This document shows, one piece after another, positions 51,532 through 60,395 of a stretch of 64,000 nt of DNA. The notes beneath the pieces were generated by a model, which was not told the origin of the DNA, made no database searches, and was given only the letters and a program-made list of their open reading frames with translations. Position 1 is the stretch's first letter; each line of letters begins with the position of its first letter. Source of the stretch: an uncultured Spirochaetota bacterium (lineage in GTDB: Bacteria > Spirochaetota > Brevinematia > Brevinematales > JAOACQ01); contig CAWIGG010000002.1 in the NCBI GenBank assembly GCA_963835575.1, positions 1,568,001 through 1,632,000 of the forward strand, written 5' to 3'. Both the position numbers and the translations under genes were made by a program.

Positions 51532-51984
51532 TTAATCATAATGTATTCTAATCTCTTTGTCAGACATAACAGGGGCCAGTATTTCCTTCCATTCCGGAGC
51601 TTCCCAGCTTCTAAGTTTTTCATGTGTTTCCAGGTATTTTGCCGGGATGGGATGCGTTCCCATTACAATCTTGAGATTAAATCGTTTCTGTATAAAGGAG
51701 CGGAAATAATCCAGATACGGACAGGGAGGATAACCCACAAGCAGTCCGGTGGCCAGGTGAATGACTTCCGCGCCGTTTTTCTTCATTTCTTCCGGGGCGT
51801 ATTCGATATTCCCGCCCGGGCATCCGCCGCAATCGGCAAAACCAACCAGTTCCAGCTCTTCATCATCGCCGTAAACGCTGAAAGCCCCATGTCTTTCACG
51901 AAGCGCTCTCAGGCATTTACCGCCGGCGCATGACCTGTAGCGGCCGCAAGTAATGATGCCTAATTTAATAATTTTCTTCATCAT
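51532..51984 (-). CDS. CGGC domain protein
   Basis: CAGGKC, CGGCPG, PPCP and MGTH motifs. Confidence 0.85.
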   Translation of the reverse strand: MMKKIIKLGIITCGRYRSCAGGKCLRALRERHGAFSVYGDDEELELVGFADCGGCPGGNIEYAPEEMKKNGAEVIHLATGLLVGYPPCPYLDYFRSFIQKRFNLKIVMGTHPIPAKYLETHEKLRSWEAPEWKEILAPVMSDKEIRIHYD

Positions 51985-52025
51985 TTACTCCTATGTATAA
52001 TTTCAAGTATTTTGACTAAATATTT

Positions 52026-53033
52026 TCAAGCCTTATTATTTTTCAAATAATAAAACACTTTTACTACTAACTTCCTGGCAATCGCAACGATTGCTTTTTG
52101 CTTGCAGGTTCTGCTTCTTAAGTCATCGTAGTATTTCCGCATATAAGGGTCGAATCTTACCGCTGCCCACGCGGCCTGTACTATCACTCTTAATATAGCT
52201 TTATCTGTATTCCTTGTAATGTGCCCGCCACGGTTTTTCTCATCACTTTCATTGACTTTGGGCGCCAATCCGAGATATGACACCAGTTTTTTATGGCTGT
52301 CAAAACGCTCAATATTTTCTATCTTCGATACCAGATATGCGCCGCACGTTTTACCTATCCCGTCAATCTCTTTCGTAATGGTCTGGTATGCCTTATCAGT
52401 TGCGCAAAGCCCGAAAATCTGATCGTCCAGTTCTTTTATCATCTCATTATATTCTATAACCAATTGGTATTGTCTCTTAATCCCTTCTTTGAGCGCTGGA
52501 GAAAGAACAAGACCTTCCAACCAGGCTTCATCTCTTTTCTGTCCCATAAACAGCTTTTTTTCAGGAGCAAGTCCCCAATAATCCAGCATCGCTATAATCA
52601 GGTTCTTAGTCTCTACTTTCTGCCGAACCAGCTTTTCTCTTATCTTCAATAGCCCTTTTACTTCCGCCCATTTCTCGCTTTTGACCAGACAGTAAGACAA
52701 TTCTTCTTTTTCAAACCGTCGCAATATGATTGCGATTTTTTCCGCGTCTACACGGTCTGTCTTCTTGGTCTTATCCATCAAACTTTTAAGTTCAATGGTG
52801 TTTAGGATTAACACATCTTTTGCCAACCGTTCTGCTTTTTTGGCCAAGTCCCATGTCTAGGTCGTTGATTCCACGCCCATCACTGTGTCTTTGTCAATTT
52901 CATTCAAGAAATCCGAAACTCCTGCCGAATTTCTTTCATAGCGTTTGACTTCCTTTTGACCTGTCTCTAAAATAATGCAGACAGTCATTTGTTTTTTGTG
53001 GATGTCAACGCCGACCCACTTTTTTGCTTCCAT
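52026..53033 (-). pseudogene. IS110-family (DEDD) transposase with in-frame amber stop
   Basis: MEAKKWVGVDIHK..., VESTT*TW (TAG at 52857-52859), KTDRVDA, IDGIG, SYLGLAP and KAIVAIARKL motifs. Confidence 0.88.
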
Positions 53034-53058
53034 AACTTACCTCTCGATTTTATTTGAG

Positions 53059-53254
53059 AGGCTTGAAAATACTCGGTTTTATCAGGTTTGAGTTACCGCA
53101 CTCCTATCCGGGGATTTATCCCCATTATGGCGGTTCGGGCAAGGACTCGATCATACTCCTAACGGGGTGTTACCCCATAAAAATGATTCGGTCTTTGTCC
53201 TATTCAAGCTCTCGCGCTCATTTTCGGCGCGGGAGCTTTATTTTCTTCAAGCCT
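53059..53254 (-). ncRNA. putative IS110 bridge RNA
   Basis: Two internal loops, each enclosing a GGGG..CCCC hairpin; closing stem AGGCTTGAA/TTCAAGCCT; located 5' of the transposase. Confidence 0.7.
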
Positions 53255-53256
53255 GA

Positions 53257-53892
53257 TTAATCATACCATCTCCTTGAATCAAAATCAGAAAATTTCAACT
53301 CCGGATCATCGGGTAAATGAAAACCTGCAGGCGGTATGCCAAGCCCCTCCGCGAATCTGCCCCAATAATTCACCTTCCCCACCAGCACAGCCAAAATCAC
53401 TATTTCTTCCGGCAAAAAAAGCCGTTTCACGTCCGCAATCACATTTTTATCAACCTGAATAGGCGTTTTTGAAAGCATGGCCGCATAACGAATGGCTGCC
53501 CGTTCGCGTTCAGTAAAAGATGCCGCCGTTTCCAGATCCCGCTCGCCGCGCAAAACAGCCATTTCATCGGGTGTTATATTATATTTATCTCTCCGGTGCG
53601 CATTGATGTCAATTAAAAAGGAACTGGAAACTTCAAAAGAGATACGAAGCCGAATCAGCGCGGTTATACGTTTACCAAGCTTCTTGCCGCCATTCTCCGC
53701 CGATGTCTCCAAAAGTCCGGACGCTATACCAGCCATCGGGCGCCATGCCAATAGCCGGGCCGGCAACATAGTTCTGCCGGTGCTCTGTTCACTCAAACAA
53801 ATGAATGGCTGTAAATAAAAAGGAATACACTGCGGCGGATCAATATAAGGTTTTGAAACTGCCGCACCTGCCCTGGCCGCTTCAGGATGCAT
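53257..53892 (-). CDS. carboxymuconolactone decarboxylase/AhpD-like protein lacking CxxC
   Basis: LIRLRIS..SSSFLIDIN, FTERERAAIRYA, EEIV, NYWGRF and GIPPAGF segments; RBS AGGAGG. Confidence 0.75.
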   Translation of the reverse strand: MHPEAARAGAAVSKPYIDPPQCIPFYLQPFICLSEQSTGRTMLPARLLAWRPMAGIASGLLETSAENGGKKLGKRITALIRLRISFEVSSSFLIDINAHRRDKYNITPDEMAVLRGERDLETAASFTERERAAIRYAAMLSKTPIQVDKNVIADVKRLFLPEEIVILAVLVGKVNYWGRFAEGLGIPPAGFHLPDDPELKFSDFDSRRWYD

Positions 53893-54009
53893 AATTTCCT
53901 CCTTTTGATTGTGAGAACACCTGGGGAAAAGCGACATAAAGAGCTAACAGAACCGGCAGGTTCTCACTTTCAATCCTCCCAGACTAGCCAACGCCATATG
54001 CCCATATCG

Positions 54010-54096
54010 TTATTGCAGAAGAATACAGGTATTATAAACTAATTTTATCCTGTTTGTCTCACAAAAGCGCGAGCGGATTTTAGTGATATTTATCAT
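54010..54096 (-). pseudogene. decayed 5' fragment of a thioesterase paralogue
   Basis: MINITKIRSRFCET vs MINITKIRARYEES; about 25 bp identical to 49327-49351. Confidence 0.55.
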
Positions 54097-54135
54097 AATC
54101 AGCCTCTATTATGTTATTGATATCTTTATGTTTGT

Positions 54136-55089
54136 TTATTTATCATCCGGTTCCGGCGTCGTTAATGTATCGTAATATTTCACAAAATTGTCCTTTTCGG
54201 CGGAATCCCTGAAGGCGATAGCGGTACGGGGGTGTTCATTGAGCATGCCCGATATCATATAGGGAATGATATATCCCCACTCCACCTGCCTGCTGAGGGG
54301 CAGGTAATGGTCCTGGATCAGCCTCAATACGGGCCTTAAATCGAATTTCGGGTTTTTTAAAAAATGAAGGAGCAGTTCCAGGGGGCAGTTGCCGGGGCCT
54401 CTCCCGATCCCGTAAACGGAAGCGTCCAGAATATTCGAATTGTCTATGATGGCCTGAATGGTGTTCGCAAATGCGAGCTGGCGGTTATTGTGAGTGTGGA
54501 TGCCGATTGTTTTACCGGGCAGAGCCTCCCTGTATTTTTTTATCAGATATGTCACATCTTCGCTGTACATATTGCCGTATGAATCCACCACATAGACATA
54601 AGGGATTCCGGTTTTGCTTAAATCAAGAAGGGCTTCGTCGATATCTTTTTCAAGGTTTGTGGATACAGCCATAAGATTAATCGTTGTTTCATAACCTTTA
54701 CCCATGCAATGTTCCGCGAGAGCGATTCCTTTATCAATATCTTTAATATAACAGGCCACCCTGATCATATCAAATACGGATTTGTCTACCGGCAGGATAT
54801 CCTCTTCTAACACTCTCCCGATGTCCACCATATAAGCCAGTTTCATATTGGACTCTATCCCTTTGATGACTTTTTTTACATCTTCTTCATCACAAAAACG
54901 CCATTTCCCGAATTCATTCGGATCAAACTGTTTTTTTGACGCTTTATAACCCATTTCCATGTAATCAACCCCGGCTTCCGATAACGCCTTATAAGTGGCC
55001 CTGACAAACTCGTCGCTGAACTGCCATTTGTTGATGAGCCCGCCGTCCCTGATCGAACAGTCGAGCACTTTAATTTCCGGTCTGAACAT
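54136..55089 (-). CDS. DRE-TIM metallolyase / HMGL-like aldolase-domain protein
   Basis: LDCSIRDGG, VDSYG, GIHTHNN and GIGRGPGNCPLE motifs. Confidence 0.85.
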   Translation of the reverse strand: MFRPEIKVLDCSIRDGGLINKWQFSDEFVRATYKALSEAGVDYMEMGYKASKKQFDPNEFGKWRFCDEEDVKKVIKGIESNMKLAYMVDIGRVLEEDILPVDKSVFDMIRVACYIKDIDKGIALAEHCMGKGYETTINLMAVSTNLEKDIDEALLDLSKTGIPYVYVVDSYGNMYSEDVTYLIKKYREALPGKTIGIHTHNNRQLAFANTIQAIIDNSNILDASVYGIGRGPGNCPLELLLHFLKNPKFDLRPVLRLIQDHYLPLSRQVEWGYIIPYMISGMLNEHPRTAIAFRDSAEKDNFVKYYDTLTTPEPDDK

Positions 55090-55185
55090 AGTTATATCTC
55101 CTTCATAATTTGATAAAAATGAGTGTAATAAAAACACCGCGGGGGATCCGGTGCCCGGATTTTCCCCGTGATCCTTATGCCCGTC

Positions 55186-55554
55186 TTAATGACAATGGCT
55201 GTGCTGGCAGGCGTTTTCCGCCGATAATTCACCGAGTTCATTCTTTTTGTATTTCATAATTATCTCATCGACGGACAGCGCGTTTTCGGCATAATAAACT
55301 TTCATTCCAAGGGCGTTCAGTTTTTCAACGGCGCGGATTCCCATGCCGCTGCAGACAACAGCTTCGACTTGATTTTCTATTAATCCGTCCGCCGGCTGGC
55401 ATTGGCCATGTTCATGTTCCTTATTGCCGTTGTCAATAAAGCTTAAAACGCCGGTTTGAGCTTCAAAAACGGCATAATAGGGAGCGCTGCCGAAATGGCC
55501 GTAAACAATGGATTTCAATCCATTCATGTTTTCTGTGGGGATTGCGACTTTCAT
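55186..55554 (-). CDS. NifB/NifX family Fe-Mo cluster-binding protein
   Basis: MKVAIP, HFGSAPYY and VVCSGMG motifs; His-rich segments. Confidence 0.88.
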   Translation of the reverse strand: MKVAIPTENMNGLKSIVYGHFGSAPYYAVFEAQTGVLSFIDNGNKEHEHGQCQPADGLIENQVEAVVCSGMGIRAVEKLNALGMKVYYAENALSVDEIIMKYKKNELGELSAENACQHSHCH

Positions 55555-55579
55555 AATATATTCCTCCAATAGAATACTT

Positions 55580-56203
55580 TTATTTTTTATAACTTTTTAA
55601 TACGACAAATCCGCCCGTGTCATGCCCTCTTTTAAAGGGCTGTATTTTGTTTTTAAATTCAAACAGCGTTTGCTTTGACTCCAGTCCTGTAAAACCGGCG
55701 GATTTTAACAGTCCCATGACCTCCCGGACCCGGTAAAATTTCGCCTGTTTATAAAACCGGCTTTTATCTTTATTCTCAAAATAAAACCGGCCTATCTTAC
55801 TTTCCAGCGGTACAAAACCAATCAGGATAAAACCGCCGGGTTTGATTACCCTGAAAGCTTCCTTTAAAGCACGCGCCGGGTCGTCCAGAAAGCAGATGGT
55901 CGTAATCAGCGCCGCGAAATCAAAGGCATTATCCGGCAGGGGTAAGTTCTCGGCGTAAGCCCGGATGACCTTCAGCCCTTTTTTTAGAGAGAGTTTCGCC
56001 ATTTCCTTTGAAGGTTCTATGCCCATTTTAATTCCAAGGGGCAGGGCGAACCTGCCGCTGCCGCTACCGATTTCAATCCCGTTTAAGCCATCGGGAATAA
56101 AACTTTTAATCAGCCCCAGTTCGGAAAGGAAAACGGCTTCATTCCTTTCAAACCATTTCTCATAATCGTCTGGGTATTGATTAAAAACTTCAACTCCCGG
56201 CAT
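55580..56203 (-). CDS. class I SAM-dependent methyltransferase
   Basis: IEIGSGSGRF, AENLP and RVIKPGG motifs. Confidence 0.88.
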   Translation of the reverse strand: MPGVEVFNQYPDDYEKWFERNEAVFLSELGLIKSFIPDGLNGIEIGSGSGRFALPLGIKMGIEPSKEMAKLSLKKGLKVIRAYAENLPLPDNAFDFAALITTICFLDDPARALKEAFRVIKPGGFILIGFVPLESKIGRFYFENKDKSRFYKQAKFYRVREVMGLLKSAGFTGLESKQTLFEFKNKIQPFKRGHDTGGFVVLKSYKK

Positions 56204-56507
56204 TCGGGTCTCCCCACAAAGGATCGGCTCCGAATTTTTTCGTCCAGAACTCCTCCGGCGGAATATGCTTTTCTATTTCGTCCCTTGAAAACGATATGGG
56301 GAATTGATTGCAGTAATTTATCAATAATTTACCCGCGTATAATATGTCCCTTGTTTTTTCTTCGCATAGTCTTTTATCTTCCCCACACCTGTCCGGATGC
56401 CATTTTTTCAGCAAGTCTTTATATTTCTGGGTTACGGTGCTGATACTAGCCTGTTCCGGAATGTCCAGAATCTGCCTGGCCTTTGTTATTTCTTCATATA
56501 ATCCCAT
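56190..56507 (-). CDS. J-domain protein
   Basis: KKWHPDRC motif; C-terminal FGADPLW. Confidence 0.85.
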   Translation of the reverse strand: MGLYEEITKARQILDIPEQASISTVTQKYKDLLKKWHPDRCGEDKRLCEEKTRDILYAGKLLINYCNQFPISFSRDEIEKHIPPEEFWTKKFGADPLWGDPNAGS

Positions 56508-56515
56508 ACAGGTTC

Positions 56516-56866
56516 CTATTTAGACGGTTTTTCCGGCAGGCGGCAGCAGCCGTCATCCTTTAAATCCGTTCCTTTTGCAAGAACTCCGGAATATTCTTTA
56601 TGACGCCGGTAAAATGTGACGGCGTAAGAACAGGACGGATTGACCTTCAGCCCTTTTTCCCGCACGAAATCGGAAAATCCGGTCAATAAGGCTTCGGCGA
56701 TCCCCTGCCCGCGAAGGTCCGGGTGGACATAGGTCTGGAACAAATCAACGGTCGAAGAATCGATAAATTCATAAACCGCTTCGCAGTGATACCCGTCATG
56801 GTCGCAATAAAAGCTTTTTGTCGTTTCATCATGGATAATGGCGAACTTTTTTGTTTTTCCAATCAT
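56516..56866 (-). CDS. GNAT family N-acetyltransferase (YjdJ-like)
   Basis: TYVHPDLRGQGIA and PSCSYA motifs; RBS GGAGG before ATG 56866. Confidence 0.82.
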   Translation of the reverse strand: MIGKTKKFAIIHDETTKSFYCDHDGYHCEAVYEFIDSSTVDLFQTYVHPDLRGQGIAEALLTGFSDFVREKGLKVNPSCSYAVTFYRRHKEYSGVLAKGTDLKDDGCCRLPEKPSK

Positions 56867-56916
56867 AAGAATTATGCCTCCCTGGAAATTATTTTGTATG
56901 TATATCTGCGACCCTG

Positions 56917-57384
56917 TTATTCTGATTTTTCCATTTGCCGGTGGCCGCATCTTCCGCCCTGGCGTGAGCATCCCCTATCATCCGGGTGCCGGTGAATATT
57001 GGCGCTCCGGCATTGCGGGCATATTGCAGGATGTCCCGTGCCGAAAGGTAAAGACCATACATGTTTGCAATCATAACAGAGAAATTTTCTTTCCGACATA
57101 TTGACATGACCTCCTTCGATTTTTACGGCTTTGCCGTTAATGAGAGCGTCCGCGACTTTTTTCCTTGCCGATTCGATAATATTGCCGAAAGTCTGCCGGG
57201 AAACATTCATTTTTTGGGCGGCTTCTTCCTGATACAGGCCCTCCAGGTCGGCCAGGCGCAGGGCTTCCAGTTCATCCAAATTTAATGCAACTATATCAAG
57301 ATTGGATACCGGAATTCCGGCAGGTTTGAAGAACAGGGTATCGGGACTGAAATCGACTTTTCTGCATTTCATCGGTCTCGGCAT
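56917..57384 (-). CDS. DUF134 HTH protein with C-terminal zinc ribbon
   Basis: MPRP.KCR, FKPAG, ELEALRLAD, QEEAAQKMNVSRQTF, CYDC and CPQC motifs. Confidence 0.9.
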   Translation of the reverse strand: MPRPMKCRKVDFSPDTLFFKPAGIPVSNLDIVALNLDELEALRLADLEGLYQEEAAQKMNVSRQTFGNIIESARKKVADALINGKAVKIEGGHVNMSERKFLCYDCKHVWSLPFGTGHPAICPQCRSANIHRHPDDRGCSRQGGRCGHRQMEKSE

Positions 57385-57420
57385 ACTGCCTCCCTATTTA
57401 ATTTATGTTAATATAATATT

Positions 57421-57690
57421 TCAGATTAAAAAGTCGATCATATCCCTTTCACGAAGCATCCTTCTTTTCCAGGCTGATATTCCCGGAACGCTGTAAGGAA
57501 GCAGGCGGAGGGAATAATAGGACGGAATGACAGGTATTCCAATCATATTCCCGGCATTTATCAGCATAAACAGGTGATCCGAGTCTATTCGGGCTTTTAA
57601 AGCAAAACCGGCCATGCCGTACCCTGACAATCCGTAAAAGAAACCCTTTAAAAAATTTAACGCTTTATAAACTCTTTTCAGACTCAGCAC
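57421..57690 (-). CDS. small conserved hypothetical protein
   Basis: RBS AGGAGG before GTG 57690; FFYG..., IGIPVIPSYYSLRLLPY...WKRRMLRERD resembles small proteins of cstA/ArsA-like operons (from recall). Confidence 0.6.
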   Translation of the reverse strand: MLSLKRVYKALNFLKGFFYGLSGYGMAGFALKARIDSDHLFMLINAGNMIGIPVIPSYYSLRLLPYSVPGISAWKRRMLRERDMIDFLI

Positions 57691-57751
57691 TTTATACCTC
57701 CTGTGAAAGATCATGATCATTTATTTCACAGCTCTTTATCCTGTTCTTCAT

Positions 57752-59554
57752 TCAATACACCCGGTCATTCCAGGTCTTTTTATTCACCTCAAAAATCAGC
57801 GTCTTTTCAGCGATCTGCCTGATGTTCCTGCCCTCGCAGCCGCGGGGGACCATCCAGCAGACAGCCCTTTCGCCTTTAAAATATTTCATCGCGCAAGCCA
57901 GGGCTTTTTTAATCGAATAAGGCTTTGTTGAAACAATATTGATCATAATCATAAGCCAGTTGACGGAATAGTGGCTGATATTGGAGCCCTGTTTTAAAAG
58001 CTGGGTGACGGACGGGCCGGACGTCTTCTTTTTCGCGTGGCCGAAATCAGGCGCTTCCGCTTTTCCGACAGGGTTGAGCTTGGTTGCCCTGCAGAAATCG
58101 ACAGTCGCCCACCGTGCAATTGCTTTTGATGAAGCGATTTTTGAATAATTACAGCCGTAGATATCGATGATCAATTCAAAAGCTGACGAAAAACCCTCTT
58201 CCATCGGAAGCTTAAAATCCTTTAAAAAGATTTTTGAGCATTCTGTCATTTTAGGGAGCAATACCTCGCTAGAAGGCAGAAGCTTTCTGTTGTCCTTAGC
58301 CAGCCTTGCTTGATAGATCAGGCTTTTCCTGCGGATCTCCCTGATGTCGGAAAATGACCCGCGGGGGACATGCCAGCAAACGCTGTTCACGGCCCCGTAA
58401 TAAGACAGTGTATAGGAAACGGCGTCTTCCACCGGAAGAGAGGCGCATGTAAAACAATTGGCGCATCCTGTCGCGCCGTACTGCCTGTAATTGATTGCGC
58501 TGGTTTCTATATACTGGACAAGCGTATCGCCCTCGCCGAAGTCCCGGTTTGAGACCATCGGTTCGCCATAAGCGATCATATTGATGGCCTCGCAGGTTTC
58601 CCTACTCCATCTGGCTATTTTTGAAACCGAAGGGATTTTTTTGCTATTCAGTGCGATGTCCATAACGACTTCCTCGCCGTATTTGTCCTGTTCGAGCCGG
58701 CCCTGGAATTCCGGGTAAACAACTGTGGAAATATCCGGCGAATACCACCTGCTTTTGATCCCTGAGATTTTATACGCCTTCCTGGCGTTTTGAGCGGCTT
58801 TCGTGAAGACCTTGCGGCCTTTTGATCCGGCCGTCAGGCTGAAAGGCCCGCCGATGTAGCTGACGTTTGACAACTGGATGACCCTGACGTCGTCAAATGT
58901 GCGTTCAATCTGCCGCCAGCTTCCGGGGCATTCCGAAGGCTGAAGGATGAGAGAACCGGTTTGATGAATAGCTATTCCTCCGTCCACCAGGGCATCGTAA
59001 ACGCACTGGTAAAAATCGGTGCTGAAGAGGCTTTTTGCCGGTCCTATCGGGTCCGCCGAGTCGATGATCACCAGGTCGCATTTGCCCTTCATGGAGCGGA
59101 TGTCTTCCGCACCGTCGCCGATGATCAGGCGCAGGCGTTTATCATCCCAGATGCCTTCCGAAACAGACGGCATGAATTCCCTGCATTTATCGATCACCAT
59201 CCTGTCGATCTCGACCATGGTGACGGTTTTTACAGATTTATGTTTGAGGACTTCCCTGGCCGCGCCACCGTCGCCGCCGCCGATGATCAGAACATTTCTG
59301 GCCGGCTTTAAGAGCAAAAACATGGGCCAGTGTACGATCCATTCGTGGTAAATGCCTTCGTCTTCCTCCGTCAGCTGAACAATATTGTCGAGTATCAAAA
59401 CGCGGCCCAGCCGTTCAGTTTCCAGGATCATTATTTTCTGATGGCCGGTGTCCGTTTCCGGGACAAGGACTTTGGAAACTTTAAAGCCGTAATTAATATC
59501 CGTATAAAGGTCTTCATAAAACCAAAATTCGTTTCTCTTTTTTATCAATCCCAA
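57752..59554 (-). CDS. speE: polyamine aminopropyltransferase fused to two tandem S-adenosylmethionine decarboxylase-like domains
   Basis: N-terminal SpeE motifs (GRVLILD, YHE, VLIIGGGDGG, VEID, IIDSADP); two C-terminal repeats each ending xxCWxVPRG, the first with QYIETS and FTC. Confidence 0.85.
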   Translation of the reverse strand: MGLIKKRNEFWFYEDLYTDINYGFKVSKVLVPETDTGHQKIMILETERLGRVLILDNIVQLTEEDEGIYHEWIVHWPMFLLLKPARNVLIIGGGDGGAAREVLKHKSVKTVTMVEIDRMVIDKCREFMPSVSEGIWDDKRLRLIIGDGAEDIRSMKGKCDLVIIDSADPIGPAKSLFSTDFYQCVYDALVDGGIAIHQTGSLILQPSECPGSWRQIERTFDDVRVIQLSNVSYIGGPFSLTAGSKGRKVFTKAAQNARKAYKISGIKSRWYSPDISTVVYPEFQGRLEQDKYGEEVVMDIALNSKKIPSVSKIARWSRETCEAINMIAYGEPMVSNRDFGEGDTLVQYIETSAINYRQYGATGCANCFTCASLPVEDAVSYTLSYYGAVNSVCWHVPRGSFSDIREIRRKSLIYQARLAKDNRKLLPSSEVLLPKMTECSKIFLKDFKLPMEEGFSSAFELIIDIYGCNYSKIASSKAIARWATVDFCRATKLNPVGKAEAPDFGHAKKKTSGPSVTQLLKQGSNISHYSVNWLMIMINIVSTKPYSIKKALACAMKYFKGERAVCWMVPRGCEGRNIRQIAEKTLIFEVNKKTWNDRVY

Positions 59555-59621
59555 TTTTTCCCTCCTTTTCTGAAACCGGCAGAAGATGTATTTGTAAGCA
59601 TTTCAATAATACTTCAAACAT

Positions 59622-60380
59622 TTATTTAATAGTCTGATCAAGAGCTTTTTCAATCTTTTCGGATAATTCCCCCAGCAATCCTCGCGTTATTTCGCTTGAT
59701 AAGTCAAGTCCCTGTGAAGGTATGGACGCTATTTCCTTTGTCATTGGAAGACGCATCAATATATTCTCCTGCAGAATGGACTCTTCCGGTTCCGGAAAGA
59801 ATGAAAAGCTCTTGCCGCATTCAGGGCAGACAATGGCGCTCATATTTTCAATAACACCCAGTATCGGGATACTCAGCATCTCCGCCATCTGGACGGATTT
59901 ATTCACGATCATGGAAACCATATCCTGAGGGGTGGTCACTACCAGAAGTCCGTTCAGCGGGATTTTCTGCATGACGGTCAGCGCCACATCAGCCGTACCG
60001 GGAGGCATATCCACTACAAGATAATCAAGTTCTCCCCATTCCACATCCGTCCAGAACTGTTCGATGGCTTTTGTCAGAAGCGGCCCCCGCCAGACAACCG
60101 GTTTGTTTTCATCTTCCAGCAGCAGATTCATCGAAACAACCGATATCCCCTGCTGTGTTTGAAAAGGCAGGAGTTTGCCGCCGTCGGTGAGAATTCTGCC
60201 CAGTTTTAATTGAAATAACCGTGGAATACTCGGGCCGGTTATGTCCGCGTCCAGTACGCCGACTTTATAACCTTTCAGGGCCAGCGCGTTTGCCGCCAGA
60301 AAAGTAACGGTGGATTTACCGACCCCGCCTTTCCCGCTCATGACCCCGAAAATGCTTTTTATCTGACTGGTATTTTCCAT
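59622..60380 (-). CDS. Mrp/NBP35 family ATPase (Fe-S carrier)
   Basis: SGKGGVGKS, DADITGPS, WRGP, DMPPGT and ENMS..CPEC motifs. Confidence 0.92.
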   Translation of the reverse strand: MENTSQIKSIFGVMSGKGGVGKSTVTFLAANALALKGYKVGVLDADITGPSIPRLFQLKLGRILTDGGKLLPFQTQQGISVVSMNLLLEDENKPVVWRGPLLTKAIEQFWTDVEWGELDYLVVDMPPGTADVALTVMQKIPLNGLLVVTTPQDMVSMIVNKSVQMAEMLSIPILGVIENMSAIVCPECGKSFSFFPEPEESILQENILMRLPMTKEIASIPSQGLDLSSEITRGLLGELSEKIEKALDQTIK

Positions 60381-60395
60381 GAATTTATTTCTCCT

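Larger units (their letters stand above)
51988..53254 (-). mobile_element. IS110-family element (boundaries approximate)
   Basis: Transposase gene plus a structured 5' non-coding region; no TSD seen. Confidence 0.75.

Noticed and set aside
52857..52859. In-frame TAG as pyrrolysine or recoding
   Set aside because: A single case in a transposase, most simply a TGG-to-TAG nonsense change. TAG terminates normal genes in this window and there are no pyl genes.
55186..55554. Nitrogen fixation locus
   Set aside because: A NifX-like domain alone, with no nifHDK or nifENB.
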